The notes beneath the pieces are model-generated. The model saw nothing but the letters and a program-made list of their open reading frames with translations. It made no database searches and was not told the origin of the DNA. A DNA stretch of 32,000 nucleotides, from assembly GCF_000007185.1 (NCBI RefSeq), contig NC_003551.1, forward strand, positions 90,001 to 122,000, written 5' to 3'. Below are positions 1 to 8,838 of this stretch, one piece after another (position 1 is the stretch's first letter; each line of letters opens with the position of its first letter). A program made the translations under genes and the position numbers. Source of the DNA: Methanopyrus kandleri AV19. Lineage in GTDB: Archaea; JAADCQ01; Methanopyri; Methanopyrales; Methanopyraceae.

Positions 1-1
1 C

Positions 2-763
2 ATGAGGCTGCGAGAGGAGCTCAATATTGACCTCTTCGTGCACCCGAACATGGGTGACGGCGGTCTCGCGGTCGGAGCGGCGCTGTGGGCGTGGGCGGAG
101 GAGGAGCTCGCCCGTGGGCGGAGACCCGAACCGCGACGTTTGGAGGACGTGTACTTCGGACCTGAATACGATAGGGAAGAAGTGCGTAAGGCGCTGGAAG
201 AGCATGACATGACGGACCGGGCGGAGTACGTGGGGAAAGACCCCGACGCCATCGTCCGCAAGCTGCTGGAGGGCAAGACCGTAGCATTGTTCCACAGCCG
301 TATGGAGTACGGCCCCAGGGCGCTCGGAGCCAGGAGTATTCTCGCCGACCCGCGAGATCGGGGCGTGGTGGATAAGCTCAACCGTGATCTGGGTCGGGAC
401 CCGTTTCAGCCCTTCGCGCCGACGATCCTGTCCGAGGACGCCCCGGAGTACCTCCGGAGGCCCTGTGAGTCACCGTTCATGACCCTAGCCTTCCGCGCCA
501 CGGATACGTTCCGCAGGAAGGCTCCGGCGGTGGTTCACGTCGACGGGACCACACGTCCACAGACCCTCCGGGACGAGCTGCCGTTCTACCGAGAGGTGAT
601 CGAGACGTTCCGAGAGGAGACCGGGTTAGGAGCCGTCCTGAATACCAGCTTCAATCCCCATGGTGAGCCCATCGTGTGCTCACCGAGAGACGCACTCGAG
701 GCGTTCGAGCACGGTGTTGCGGACGTCCTGTGGATCGAAGGCTACATGATCGAGCGGGGGTGA
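2..763 (+). CDS. Carbamoyltransferase (NodU/CmcH family), C-terminal part; gene is truncated at the window start
   Basis: ORF open to the window edge; contains GPRALGARSILADPRD, FQPFAPTILSEDAPEYL and LNTSFNPHGEPIVCSPRDALEAF, typical of the C-terminal carbamoyltransferase domain. Confidence 0.85.
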   Translation: MRLREELNIDLFVHPNMGDGGLAVGAALWAWAEEELARGRRPEPRRLEDVYFGPEYDREEVRKALEEHDMTDRAEYVGKDPDAIVRKLLEGKTVALFHSRMEYGPRALGARSILADPRDRGVVDKLNRDLGRDPFQPFAPTILSEDAPEYLRRPCESPFMTLAFRATDTFRRKAPAVVHVDGTTRPQTLRDELPFYREVIETFREETGLGAVLNTSFNPHGEPIVCSPRDALEAFEHGVADVLWIEGYMIERG

Positions 764-767
764 GCTC

Positions 768-1475
768 GTGCCGCGGCCGAAGGTCCTGTACAACGTTGGG
801 ATGACGGCGGACGGGAAGGTCGTGACCGCCGCCGGAGATTCCAGGATCTCGGGCGAAGAGGATCTCAAAGAGGTCCACAGGTTGAGAGCAGAACACGACG
901 CGGTGGCCGTGGGGATCAACACGGTGCGGAAGGACGACCCCATGCTGAACGTGCGGTTGGTGGAGGGAGAAGACCCCATCCGAGTCGTGTTCGACACCGA
1001 GTGCTCCATTCCGCTCGACTGTCGCCTAGTTCGCACCGCTCGGGATATCCCCACGGTCGTGCTCTGTGCCGAGGCCGACCCGGGTCGCGTCGAGAAGCTC
1101 GAGAAAAGAGGTGTGAAGGTGGAGGAAGTCGGTGCCTGTGAGGACGGCGTCGATGTGGAGCGTGGGCTGGAGCTGCTCTACGATATGGGAGTACGAACCT
1201 TGCTACTCGAAGGTGGGCCAACGCTGGCCTGGTCCTTCTTGAAGCGCGGCCTGATCGACGAGTTCCGTGTGGCCGTGGCTCCCGTGCTCGTGGGCGGGTC
1301 CGACGCGTTGACGCCCGTAGAGGGTGAGGGGTTCCCGCGTGTCGATCTCGGAGTGGGCCTGGAATTAAAACGGGTGGAGCGAGTGGGGCGCGACGTGGTG
1401 CTCTGGTACGAGGTTTCCGGATCCGCCGCCGACCTGGCCTCCGAACACGAAGAGGCTCGGGGGAGATCGTCATGA
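768..1475 (+). CDS. arfC: 2,5-diamino-6-(ribosylamino)-4(3H)-pyrimidinone 5'-phosphate reductase (archaeal riboflavin pathway, RibD C-terminal family)
   Basis: GTG start; MPRPKVLYNVGMTADGKVVTAAGDSRISGEEDLKEVHRLRAEHDAVAVGINTVRKDDPMLNVR and LLLEGGPTLAWSFL motifs. Confidence 0.85.
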   Translation: MPRPKVLYNVGMTADGKVVTAAGDSRISGEEDLKEVHRLRAEHDAVAVGINTVRKDDPMLNVRLVEGEDPIRVVFDTECSIPLDCRLVRTARDIPTVVLCAEADPGRVEKLEKRGVKVEEVGACEDGVDVERGLELLYDMGVRTLLLEGGPTLAWSFLKRGLIDEFRVAVAPVLVGGSDALTPVEGEGFPRVDLGVGLELKRVERVGRDVVLWYEVSGSAADLASEHEEARGRSS

Positions 1476-1828
1476 AGTGTCCGGAGTGCGGGACCGAGAT
1501 GCGATCGGAGCTCCGGGACGATGGGGTGGAACTCCTCAGGTGTCCCGAGTGCGGCAAGGAGATCAAGCGCGTCCCGTCGTACCGGGAGTTCGGTCTGAAG
1601 TGCCCGAACTTCTTCGAGATGACGGTACCGGAGTGGGACGAAGAAGTGCTCGGGAAGGAGGTTGTGGTGGTCGTCAAGTACCGTTCTCCGGACGGTTACC
1701 GCCGCCGCAAGATCCGGGGTAAGGCGGTGCGGATCGACAACCGAGGCAACCTCGTGATCCGTCGAGAGGACGGTTTCGAGGTCTCGTTGTACCCCCAAGT
1801 AGTCGAGAACATCAAAGTACTGGAGTGA
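1472..1828 (+). CDS. Small protein with N-terminal zinc ribbon (CPECGTEM...LLRCPECGKEI), function unknown
   Basis: ATGA overlap with upstream stop; two CPxCG knuckles; downstream positively charged region. Confidence 0.7.
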   Translation: MKCPECGTEMRSELRDDGVELLRCPECGKEIKRVPSYREFGLKCPNFFEMTVPEWDEEVLGKEVVVVVKYRSPDGYRRRKIRGKAVRIDNRGNLVIRREDGFEVSLYPQVVENIKVLE

Positions 1829-1926
1829 GTCGGCTCCCGCCGGTCCGGTCATCGGCCGTAACGGCCTCCCAGATCCCCACCGGAGATCCCATCCTCATCC
1901 CACCGGAGGGCACATGGTGCGCCACA

Positions 1927-1938
1927 GGTATTAAACGG
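1927..1938 (+). promoter_or_regulatory. Candidate archaeal TATA box upstream of the 1983 ORF
   Basis: ggtattaaacgg in an otherwise GC-rich intergenic region, about 45-50 nt upstream of the GTG start. Confidence 0.35.
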
Positions 1939-1982
1939 ATCTCGAGCCGACGGGCGGCCGAGGGTTCGACGGGGGTGAGCCG

Positions 1983-3164
1983 GTGCGAGCGGCGGTCACA
2001 ATGATAGCCTTCGTGGTACTCATGAGTCCGGTTTGCGCGGAGGTCCACATACTGACGTGGGCCGGCGAAGGGGCCGACTCCACCTGCGTCGCTAGGACTA
2101 AGGAGATAGTGGATTGGTGGGACACGTACAGGGCGATCGGTCCCGATACCACCATCGTCTGGCATTACACGACGAGAGTGGACCGTTGGAGGACCGTCCT
2201 GGAGACGGGGACCGACCCACTCACCGGAGCCCGGATCAGCGTGGTGTACGTCCCAGGGGGCTGGCATCCCGAGCGTTATTGGGACTTCGACTGGGTTCGA
2301 GCCCTCTACCACGCGCAGATCGACCTCGGCATCGGATACGTCGGTATCTGCGCGGGTGCCTACCTGCACGCGGGTAACACCACGTACTCCACCAGCGGGC
2401 CGGGACACGATGACGTGCTGCAGGACGGGGTCACGGTAATCGACGGCATGAACGGACCCAACAGGATATGCCGTGTACTGATACTACAGGACAACCCGCT
2501 GACCCCGGAATGGACGTGGGGCAACGTGTTCACGTACAAGTACTGGAACGGGCCGGGGTTCGGGCCGGAACCGGGTCTCGAGTTCAACAGTTCGTACAAG
2601 TGCTGGGTGAAGATCACGAACATCGAAGGCCGCGAAGTGATGATCAAGATCTGGCCGGTGGGAGAGTACGTGGACACGTGCAAGGGCTGGGCGATAGTCG
2701 CCGGACAGTACTTCGTCAAAGAAGGCGACAAGTGGGTACCACGCGGCCGGTTCGTACTCTTCGGACCGCATCCGGAACTGACGTCGAGAACGGGAGCCCA
2801 TGCGCTGCTGGCCAAGGCCATCCTGTGGGCGGCGGGAGCCAAAGTACCGATGGAACCCCAGCCGTCGCCGGTCGTCCAGGTGGTACCCAAGGGAACGATC
2901 CCGAAGGCCCTGGTAGCGGCCGTCGTGGCGACGGCACTGACCTTCGTGCTCCCGGAGGACGTCAAGGAGGAACTGTTCACGGCGTCGGACCCGATCACCC
3001 AAGGGATATTCGAAACGATTTCCAACGTAATCCAGGACAAGCTGGGGCTCGAAGTACCTCCGGAGGATCTACTGACGGTGACGGTGGCGACTGTAGTAGT
3101 CTACGCCCTTGAAGCGCTAATCGAGTGGCTGTTCGGAACGGCGCCCGCCCCGGCCTCCGCATAA
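1983..3164 (+). CDS. Predicted exported protein with BPL_N / class I glutamine-amidotransferase-like domain and C-terminal hydrophobic segments
   Basis: GTG start, hydrophobic leader (AAVTMIAFVVLMSPVCA), VYVPGGWHPERYW...IGYVGICAGAYL (nucleophile-elbow-like GxCxG), hydrophobic ALVAAVVATALTFVL and LLTVTVATVVVYALEALIEWLF. Confidence 0.65.
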   Translation: MRAAVTMIAFVVLMSPVCAEVHILTWAGEGADSTCVARTKEIVDWWDTYRAIGPDTTIVWHYTTRVDRWRTVLETGTDPLTGARISVVYVPGGWHPERYWDFDWVRALYHAQIDLGIGYVGICAGAYLHAGNTTYSTSGPGHDDVLQDGVTVIDGMNGPNRICRVLILQDNPLTPEWTWGNVFTYKYWNGPGFGPEPGLEFNSSYKCWVKITNIEGREVMIKIWPVGEYVDTCKGWAIVAGQYFVKEGDKWVPRGRFVLFGPHPELTSRTGAHALLAKAILWAAGAKVPMEPQPSPVVQVVPKGTIPKALVAAVVATALTFVLPEDVKEELFTASDPITQGIFETISNVIQDKLGLEVPPEDLLTVTVATVVVYALEALIEWLFGTAPAPASA

Positions 3165-3211
3165 CCTCCCTACGGGCATTTTGTTATGAATCCGATAACG
3201 ATACCGGGCAT

Positions 3212-3290
3212 TGGTAGCGGGGCCGGGATTTGAACCCGGGACCTCCGGGTTATGAGCCCGGCGGGATGGACCTGGCTACCCCGCCCCGCT
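3212..3290 (-). tRNA. Initiator tRNA-Met (anticodon CAT), CCA encoded, with C at position 8
   Basis: Minus strand reads AGCGGGG C G GGGTAGCCAGGTCCATCCC G CCGGG CTCATAA CCCGG AGGTC CCGGG TTCAAAT CCCGG CCCCGCT A CCA. Acceptor, anticodon and T stems pair perfectly. A1:U72 and three G:C pairs in the anticodon stem are initiator features. Confidence 0.93.
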
Positions 3291-3322
3291 GCCGGCCATA
3301 CGGGCTTACGACCGTGGGATTA

Positions 3323-3336
3323 CATGAATTTTTCGG
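3323..3336. promoter_or_regulatory. Candidate AT-rich promoter element shared by tRNA-Met (minus) and tmk (plus)
   Basis: catgaatttttcgg is the only AT-rich stretch between divergent genes, about 40 nt from tRNA position 1 and about 45 nt from the tmk start. Confidence 0.35.
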
Positions 3337-3377
3337 GCCTCGAAAACCCCGATACCACCCGAGCGGGGAGGATGCGT

Positions 3378-3962
3378 ATGGGACTGTACCTGGGGGTCGA
3401 GGGCATTGACGGCGTCGGCAAGTCGTCCGTGGTGAACCTAGCCGCGGAGTTCCTCGAGATCCACGGGCTCGAGGTCACCACCGTGAGGGAGCCTTCCACC
3501 GACATCGGACGTGAAGCCTTGGAGTGGGACGACCCCTACCTCCAAGCCCTGGCCTTCACCCTCGACCGTATGCTCACACTTAAACGGGTGGACTTCGAGG
3601 CGGCCGACGTCGTCCTGTCCGACCGTACGTTCCTCAGCACGCTCGCCTATCAGTCCGCACTGGGCGCCGACATGCGGTGGCTGCTGGAACTCCAACGCCC
3701 GGTCCCTAAGCCCGACGTCGTGTACATCATCGATCGAGAACCGCTGGCGGAGGACGCGACGTTCGATAAGGAGTTCCTGGAGCGCGTGCGGAACCGCTAC
3801 CGGGAGGCGGCGCGACTCATCGAGGAAGAGTTCGACGTCGAAATAAAATGGATCGAGGCAGAGGATATGGACAAGGAGGAGATCGCCGAGCTGATCGTAG
3901 CCGACGCACGCCGGAGACTGGACGACCCGCTGGGGATTCCCGACGACCTCCTCGAGGGGTGA
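3378..3962 (+). CDS. tmk: Thymidylate kinase
   Basis: MGLYLGVEGIDGVGKSSVVNLAAEFL (P-loop), VREPSTDIG, DVVLSDRTFLSTLAYQ; ATG at 3372 is an alternative start; SD-like ggggagg upstream. Confidence 0.85.
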   Translation: MGLYLGVEGIDGVGKSSVVNLAAEFLEIHGLEVTTVREPSTDIGREALEWDDPYLQALAFTLDRMLTLKRVDFEAADVVLSDRTFLSTLAYQSALGADMRWLLELQRPVPKPDVVYIIDREPLAEDATFDKEFLERVRNRYREAARLIEEEFDVEIKWIEAEDMDKEEIAELIVADARRRLDDPLGIPDDLLEG

Positions 3963-3968
3963 CGGACG

Positions 3969-4385
3969 GTGAGCTACCGACGTGGCGCCGACTTCGAGCG
4001 TCAACTGGTACGCTACCTCCGAGAGCACGGGGGTGAGGCCGTCAGGGTGGCCGGATCCGGGGGCGCCGTCGACGTCGTGGGTTACGCACCGGCGATGGGA
4101 CACGTGGCCGTCGAGTGTAAGGTCCGCCGCGATGACAGGTTGTACGTCGAAAAAGAGGAGATCGAGGGTCTGACGACATTCGCGGAGCGGTTCCGCGCGG
4201 AGCCGTTGATAGCTTGGAAGCCACCCCACGTTCGAACGGGTCTCCCGCTTAACGCCGTCCTCTTCCCGCCCGACCTGATGGAGGAGCGCGAGAGAACGTA
4301 CGTAATCGACCTGGAAACGGCCCTCGAGGAAGGGATCGACGCCTCCAGGCTCGTCACCCGGCCCTTAGATCACTATCGAAGGTGA
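3969..4385 (+). CDS. hjc: Holliday junction resolvase Hjc
   Basis: YRRGADFERQLVRYLREHGGEAVRVAGSGG.VDVVGY...HVAVECKVRR nuclease motifs (E, VD, ECK). Confidence 0.85.
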   Translation: MSYRRGADFERQLVRYLREHGGEAVRVAGSGGAVDVVGYAPAMGHVAVECKVRRDDRLYVEKEEIEGLTTFAERFRAEPLIAWKPPHVRTGLPLNAVLFPPDLMEERERTYVIDLETALEEGIDASRLVTRPLDHYRR

Positions 4386-5916
4386 GCACCCGTTCCTCCA
4401 GGAACTCCGAGATCTCCGGCTCTACACCCAATCTAGCGCACTCCCTCTCCACTTCCTCAACGGACGGCGCCTCCCACGGGAACCCGAGGTATTTGCCCAC
4501 CAGTCGCAGGAACAGCTCCTTGTGGCTCCGGTATCCGAGACGCTTAGCCACCGCCCGCTTGATACCCAGTTCCCGCACGAGCTTGTCCAACATCTTGGAG
4601 GTCAACGACCCGTACTGAGTAGCCCGCTTCCGCCTCTCCACCACGAAGTCCGGGAGTCCGAGCTCCGCCGCGACGCGCCTCAGGGCGCGCTTGCGCAGAT
4701 TGTCCTCGGGCCCCGAAACGTTCTCCCTGGGGTCGATACCCAGACCCGTCCTCACAACGTCCAGGTCCAGGTATGGAACCCGCAGCTCCACCGAATGGTG
4801 CATGCCGGCCTTATCGTCCCGCTCCAGGTTCACGGCGTGTATCGCGGCCACGTCCTTCCAGAGTTCCCACGAGAACCGATCCCAGTCACCGTAATGTCGC
4901 AGGTGCCGGTGGTAACCACCGAGCAGCTCGTCCGCCCCCTGACCCGAGAGCATCACCCGGATCCCGTCGTCGGACATCGCCCCGGCGCAGGCCAGGATCG
5001 GGATCCCCACCTCCACCTTCATCGGGTTCCAGGTTTCGACGGCGTAGACCGTGGCGACTACGTACCGCTCGAACTCATCCTCGAGGGATACCGAGACGAA
5101 CGGCCATCCCATCTCGTCGCACAACCGTTCGGCGACCTCCACGTCGTCCGAACCCTCGAACCCCGCGGCGTAGCACTTAACGTCCACGTACTCGGACGCC
5201 AGTTTCGCCACCGTCGAACTGTCCACCCCGCCCGAAAGTACCACACCCACGCGCTCCGTCTCCTCCACACGCTCCCGAACGGATCGCTGAAGGACCTCTA
5301 GCAGGTCTTTCCAGGAGCTTCTCCCCGGTCTCGACCTGGGGACGTCGACCACGTTCCTCAGCTCGACACGACCGTCACGGAGCACGAGCAGCGCTCCCGG
5401 TGGTACCCTACGTACGTCGCGGAACCCGGCCGCCCACAGGGCCTTGCGCTCGGAGGCCACGGCGAGCCCGGCCTCCACGCAGTAGTACAGCGGACGCACG
5501 CCGATGGGGTCCCTGGCCGCGACCACCGTGCCGTCCCTGAAGGCCGCTACGAACGCGTACTCGCCCCGGAGTACCCGAAGTGCCGCCGCCGCGTCACGTA
5601 CGGATCTTACGACCTCGAACACCGCCCAGGAGTCCGACGGCGCGTCCTCGACGAACCTCCGGTAGTTGTAGATCTCCCCGTTCACGGCCACCGCCCGATC
5701 CTCCTCGACGATCGGTTGGACCGCTGAAGCCTCGCCGCGCACCCACAGCCGGACGTGGCCTAGGACCACCTCACCCTCCGAGGGCGGCTCCTCGGAGAAC
5801 TCCACACCGTCGTCCGAGACCGAGGCGAAGCCCCGCCCGTCGGGCCCCCGGTGTTCCATCGCGGTGACCATCGCGGCGATATCGTCGTCACCGACCGCAC
5901 ACGCGATACCGCACAC
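4354..5916 (-). CDS. asnB: Asparagine synthetase (glutamine-hydrolysing)
   Basis: MCGIACAVGD N-terminal Cys nucleophile, MEHRGPDGRG, SGGVDSSTVAKLA (PP-loop), LSGQGADELLGGYHRH. Confidence 0.93.
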   Translation of the reverse strand: MCGIACAVGDDDIAAMVTAMEHRGPDGRGFASVSDDGVEFSEEPPSEGEVVLGHVRLWVRGEASAVQPIVEEDRAVAVNGEIYNYRRFVEDAPSDSWAVFEVVRSVRDAAAALRVLRGEYAFVAAFRDGTVVAARDPIGVRPLYYCVEAGLAVASERKALWAAGFRDVRRVPPGALLVLRDGRVELRNVVDVPRSRPGRSSWKDLLEVLQRSVRERVEETERVGVVLSGGVDSSTVAKLASEYVDVKCYAAGFEGSDDVEVAERLCDEMGWPFVSVSLEDEFERYVVATVYAVETWNPMKVEVGIPILACAGAMSDDGIRVMLSGQGADELLGGYHRHLRHYGDWDRFSWELWKDVAAIHAVNLERDDKAGMHHSVELRVPYLDLDVVRTGLGIDPRENVSGPEDNLRKRALRRVAAELGLPDFVVERRKRATQYGSLTSKMLDKLVRELGIKRAVAKRLGYRSHKELFLRLVGKYLGFPWEAPSVEEVERECARLGVEPEISEFLEERVLTFDSDLRAG

Positions 5917-5979
5917 GTTATCACCCCGTAACCCTTATTCCACGTAAATCCACGGTGGTAGTTCGGCGGGGGGTGGACT

Positions 5980-8838
5980 TTGGCTCCTATGGTGGTCTTA
6001 GCGTTCGTTTTGATCCTCCTCGCCCTAACTCCACTCCAGCCTGTTCAAGGCCAAGAGGTCGGGACGCTAGCGGAACACCTCAGGAAGGCGTATGGAGAGG
6101 ACTGGCCCCACTACGCCCCCTGGGTGCACTCGGAGATTAAAGTAGCAGATGACGTCAAAGCGTACAACCTCCGCGCGGTGGACCTGGGGTACGATCTAGT
6201 TCCTGGAGTACCTGCCCATGGCGTCCTCGTGGCGTACGCTTCCTCGAGCAAGGTAGGGCTAGCGTTCGTCAACAGGACCGGAGAGTTCTTCAAACTCTGT
6301 GAAGTACCCCTCGAAGCCCCTCCCAAGTACCGTGAAGGATTGGATCTCGACTACATGGAGGCGGAGGGAGACAGCACCAAAAAGACCGTGCTGATAGCCT
6401 GGGGGGCTGACAACAGACTGTACGCGCTGAGGGTGAAACTTGGGGTCTACCGACCGCACGAGAACGCGAACTTCCCGGCGGTTGCCGAAGTATCGAACCC
6501 TATCGAGATCGATTTGCCGCCGGGCTATACGGACGTCAAGCGGGTGAGAGTGCTCGCGCTGGGTGATAAGTTCGTCGTGTTCTTCACCGCTCGACGAGAG
6601 GATAAGCCCACTGAGGAGTACGGTTACGACTTGTTCTACGCACTGATAGACCCCGACGGAACCGTAAAGTTGGGTCCGAAGGACTTTGGATTCCAAGATA
6701 TAATGGTCTTCCAGGTCAAACCCCTGAACGGGCCCTCTCTGATAGGGCTCGCCTTTATGGGACGATGGCGCCAATACATTGCCGGAGTATGGTGGGTTAC
6801 AATGCGACTAGAAGGTAACTCGATAAAAGTTATTCAAACGACCCTGATCAGCGATTCAGATTTTGAGATTCCCTGTGTAGAACGCGCATTACTCGACTTC
6901 AGTTTTTACCCAATAAACAGTGACGAATACTCCGTACTGGTAGTGTGGAACGATTGTAGGTGCCCAAAAGTACTTTTTGAACGAATCGCACAGCTTGTAC
7001 CTGGAGCCGAATTTAGATACAGAAAAGATAAAACATGGGTCGTCTATGGGCAGCGACTTAAGGTCGACAAAAATGGTTATACGAGTAAGTTAGGGAAGAA
7101 TTTTCCTGTCATGTATTTAATGACAGTAACACAGACCACAACACAGACCATTTCAGGAGGAGCCGTCGAGAGTTGGGACATCACGTTCGGAGAAATTGAC
7201 TCTGTTACCGTATATACAACTCATGGGTCGGAGGAGAAATATTTCGTTGTCGATGCCTCAATCAAAGTCTTCGATGTTGCCATATCGAAATGGTTGAACT
7301 ACGCGCGCACTGGTGAGTTCGAGGAGAAGAATACATATGGCTTCGATATCTTATCAGTTCCACTACCGGTAAATCCAGACAGCCCGGGAATAGTAGGTAC
7401 TGAGGTGGATATGGCCGACGTGGAAGTTTCCCTGACGAATTTTGGAACCTCTCAAACCAAACAGAAGTGGGTGGCCTATCCTGTATTCAATAAAGGAGGT
7501 TGCGAAATAATACCGAAAGACCAGCCAAGTCCGGAGTGCTTCATATACTTATACGGTACAATTCAGTTCAACGAAACGCACGCTACTGAAACTCCAATAG
7601 TGGCCGCAGACCAAACTGATGTAAAAGCAAGATTACTTCCAGACGGAGTTATTATTGAAGGATTCATTGAGAACATAAATAAGAAGCCATCCCTATTCGT
7701 AATGCCAGTAGTAGCGGTTGTAGGTCCTGTAAAGGACATATATTTAGAATACGACACACCGGATGAATTACTACACAAGTACATATATCCGCTGGATCCG
7801 TTCACCGTACTGAAGTTCCGGCCAATCCGTACCGAAGATCATCCCGGCGCTCAAGTTGGACCTGTAACGTATGATCTAAGATCGCAACAGCCCGCCCTGC
7901 CGACCGTGTACCTGGAGGTATCGTACACCACGGATTTCAGTGATCGGGTGCCTGCCGGACCTGCGCTAGTCGAAATACTCGGACCGGCACCGCCGGAAGA
8001 ACCGACCCCAGGTACCCCACTATCGGGCTACGCGATCATAGGTGACCCAGAGGTCATGAGATCCGAAAACGTCGAGATAGAGAGAATCGTGAACGAGGAG
8101 TTGGCAGAAACCCAAGTACACGTGAAGTTCTTACCCCCGGCCGTCGAGACACTCGAACGCATAGCACAGGTAGTAGCGTCGGGAACCATCGATAGGGAAG
8201 CGGTACGAGAGGCCGCGAGTGACGCCCTGGACGAGCTAAGTAAGTACCTGAAACAGTACAACCTGCTACAATCCCCGAGCGGTATCCCCGCCGAAGTGGA
8301 CAGCGCCCTACAAACGTTGGGAGAACTCCGTGATCGTGCTCAAGACATGAAGGACGAGGAACTAGTCATGAAACTAAACACCGTCATAAACAACCTTAAG
8401 CGACTCGTGGAGGGTACGTACCACGTCTTCGTTCTCTACCACCCAGTGGGCTCGGTTCAGGAGTACCCGAAATCCATCGAAAACCGTGAAGACCTGAAGC
8501 GTCTCGTCAACGAGCTCGCTTACACCGGGGTGACCTCGTGGATCCCCATCGACGTGGACTGTGAGGTCCCGAACGTCGTGCCTCCGGAGACACGCACGGA
8601 AACGAGCGGTACCGCCCTAATCACGGAAGTACCGGTAGTGCTTCCGCCCACGGAGTCCCATTCATCCGCACCGAAAGCCGGAAGCCAGGGGCAAAGAGGG
8701 ACGGAACCCGTCAAGCCACGGGGGTCGGCCGGAGGTACCTCCTCGAACCCTACTCCGTTACTGCCGATAGTCCCCTACAGGCGTGGACTGTCCAGACCCA
8801 GACTCAGGAGACGATCCTGCACCCGCAGGGCTCGCTGA
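5980..8838 (+). CDS. Large (952 aa) predicted secreted/surface protein, unknown function
   Basis: TTG start with ggggggtgg upstream (internal ATG at 5989); signal peptide VVLAFVLILLALTPLQPVQG; long uninterrupted ORF; C-terminal tail is Pro/Ser/Arg rich and overlaps the convergent gene by 64 bp. Confidence 0.8.
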   Translation: MAPMVVLAFVLILLALTPLQPVQGQEVGTLAEHLRKAYGEDWPHYAPWVHSEIKVADDVKAYNLRAVDLGYDLVPGVPAHGVLVAYASSSKVGLAFVNRTGEFFKLCEVPLEAPPKYREGLDLDYMEAEGDSTKKTVLIAWGADNRLYALRVKLGVYRPHENANFPAVAEVSNPIEIDLPPGYTDVKRVRVLALGDKFVVFFTARREDKPTEEYGYDLFYALIDPDGTVKLGPKDFGFQDIMVFQVKPLNGPSLIGLAFMGRWRQYIAGVWWVTMRLEGNSIKVIQTTLISDSDFEIPCVERALLDFSFYPINSDEYSVLVVWNDCRCPKVLFERIAQLVPGAEFRYRKDKTWVVYGQRLKVDKNGYTSKLGKNFPVMYLMTVTQTTTQTISGGAVESWDITFGEIDSVTVYTTHGSEEKYFVVDASIKVFDVAISKWLNYARTGEFEEKNTYGFDILSVPLPVNPDSPGIVGTEVDMADVEVSLTNFGTSQTKQKWVAYPVFNKGGCEIIPKDQPSPECFIYLYGTIQFNETHATETPIVAADQTDVKARLLPDGVIIEGFIENINKKPSLFVMPVVAVVGPVKDIYLEYDTPDELLHKYIYPLDPFTVLKFRPIRTEDHPGAQVGPVTYDLRSQQPALPTVYLEVSYTTDFSDRVPAGPALVEILGPAPPEEPTPGTPLSGYAIIGDPEVMRSENVEIERIVNEELAETQVHVKFLPPAVETLERIAQVVASGTIDREAVREAASDALDELSKYLKQYNLLQSPSGIPAEVDSALQTLGELRDRAQDMKDEELVMKLNTVINNLKRLVEGTYHVFVLYHPVGSVQEYPKSIENREDLKRLVNELAYTGVTSWIPIDVDCEVPNVVPPETRTETSGTALITEVPVVLPPTESHSSAPKAGSQGQRGTEPVKPRGSAGGTSSNPTPLLPIVPYRRGLSRPRLRRRSCTRRAR

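Noticed and set aside
916-1677. Long antisense ORF opposite the arfC and Zn-ribbon genes
   Set aside because: Low-complexity Arg/Pro/Thr-rich translation typical of GC-rich shadow frames; plus-strand proteins have clear family motifs.
1945-1985. gggttcga sequence considered as a tRNA T-arm
   Set aside because: No acceptor or anticodon stem can be formed around it.
2360-3040. 226-aa minus-strand ORF
   Set aside because: Antisense to the BPL_N-like protein; no motifs, Ser/Pro/Thr rich.
3438-4229. 263-aa minus-strand ORF
   Set aside because: Antisense to tmk and hjc, both convincingly assigned.
4522-5301. 259-aa plus-strand ORF
   Set aside because: Shadow of asnB; no recognisable domain.
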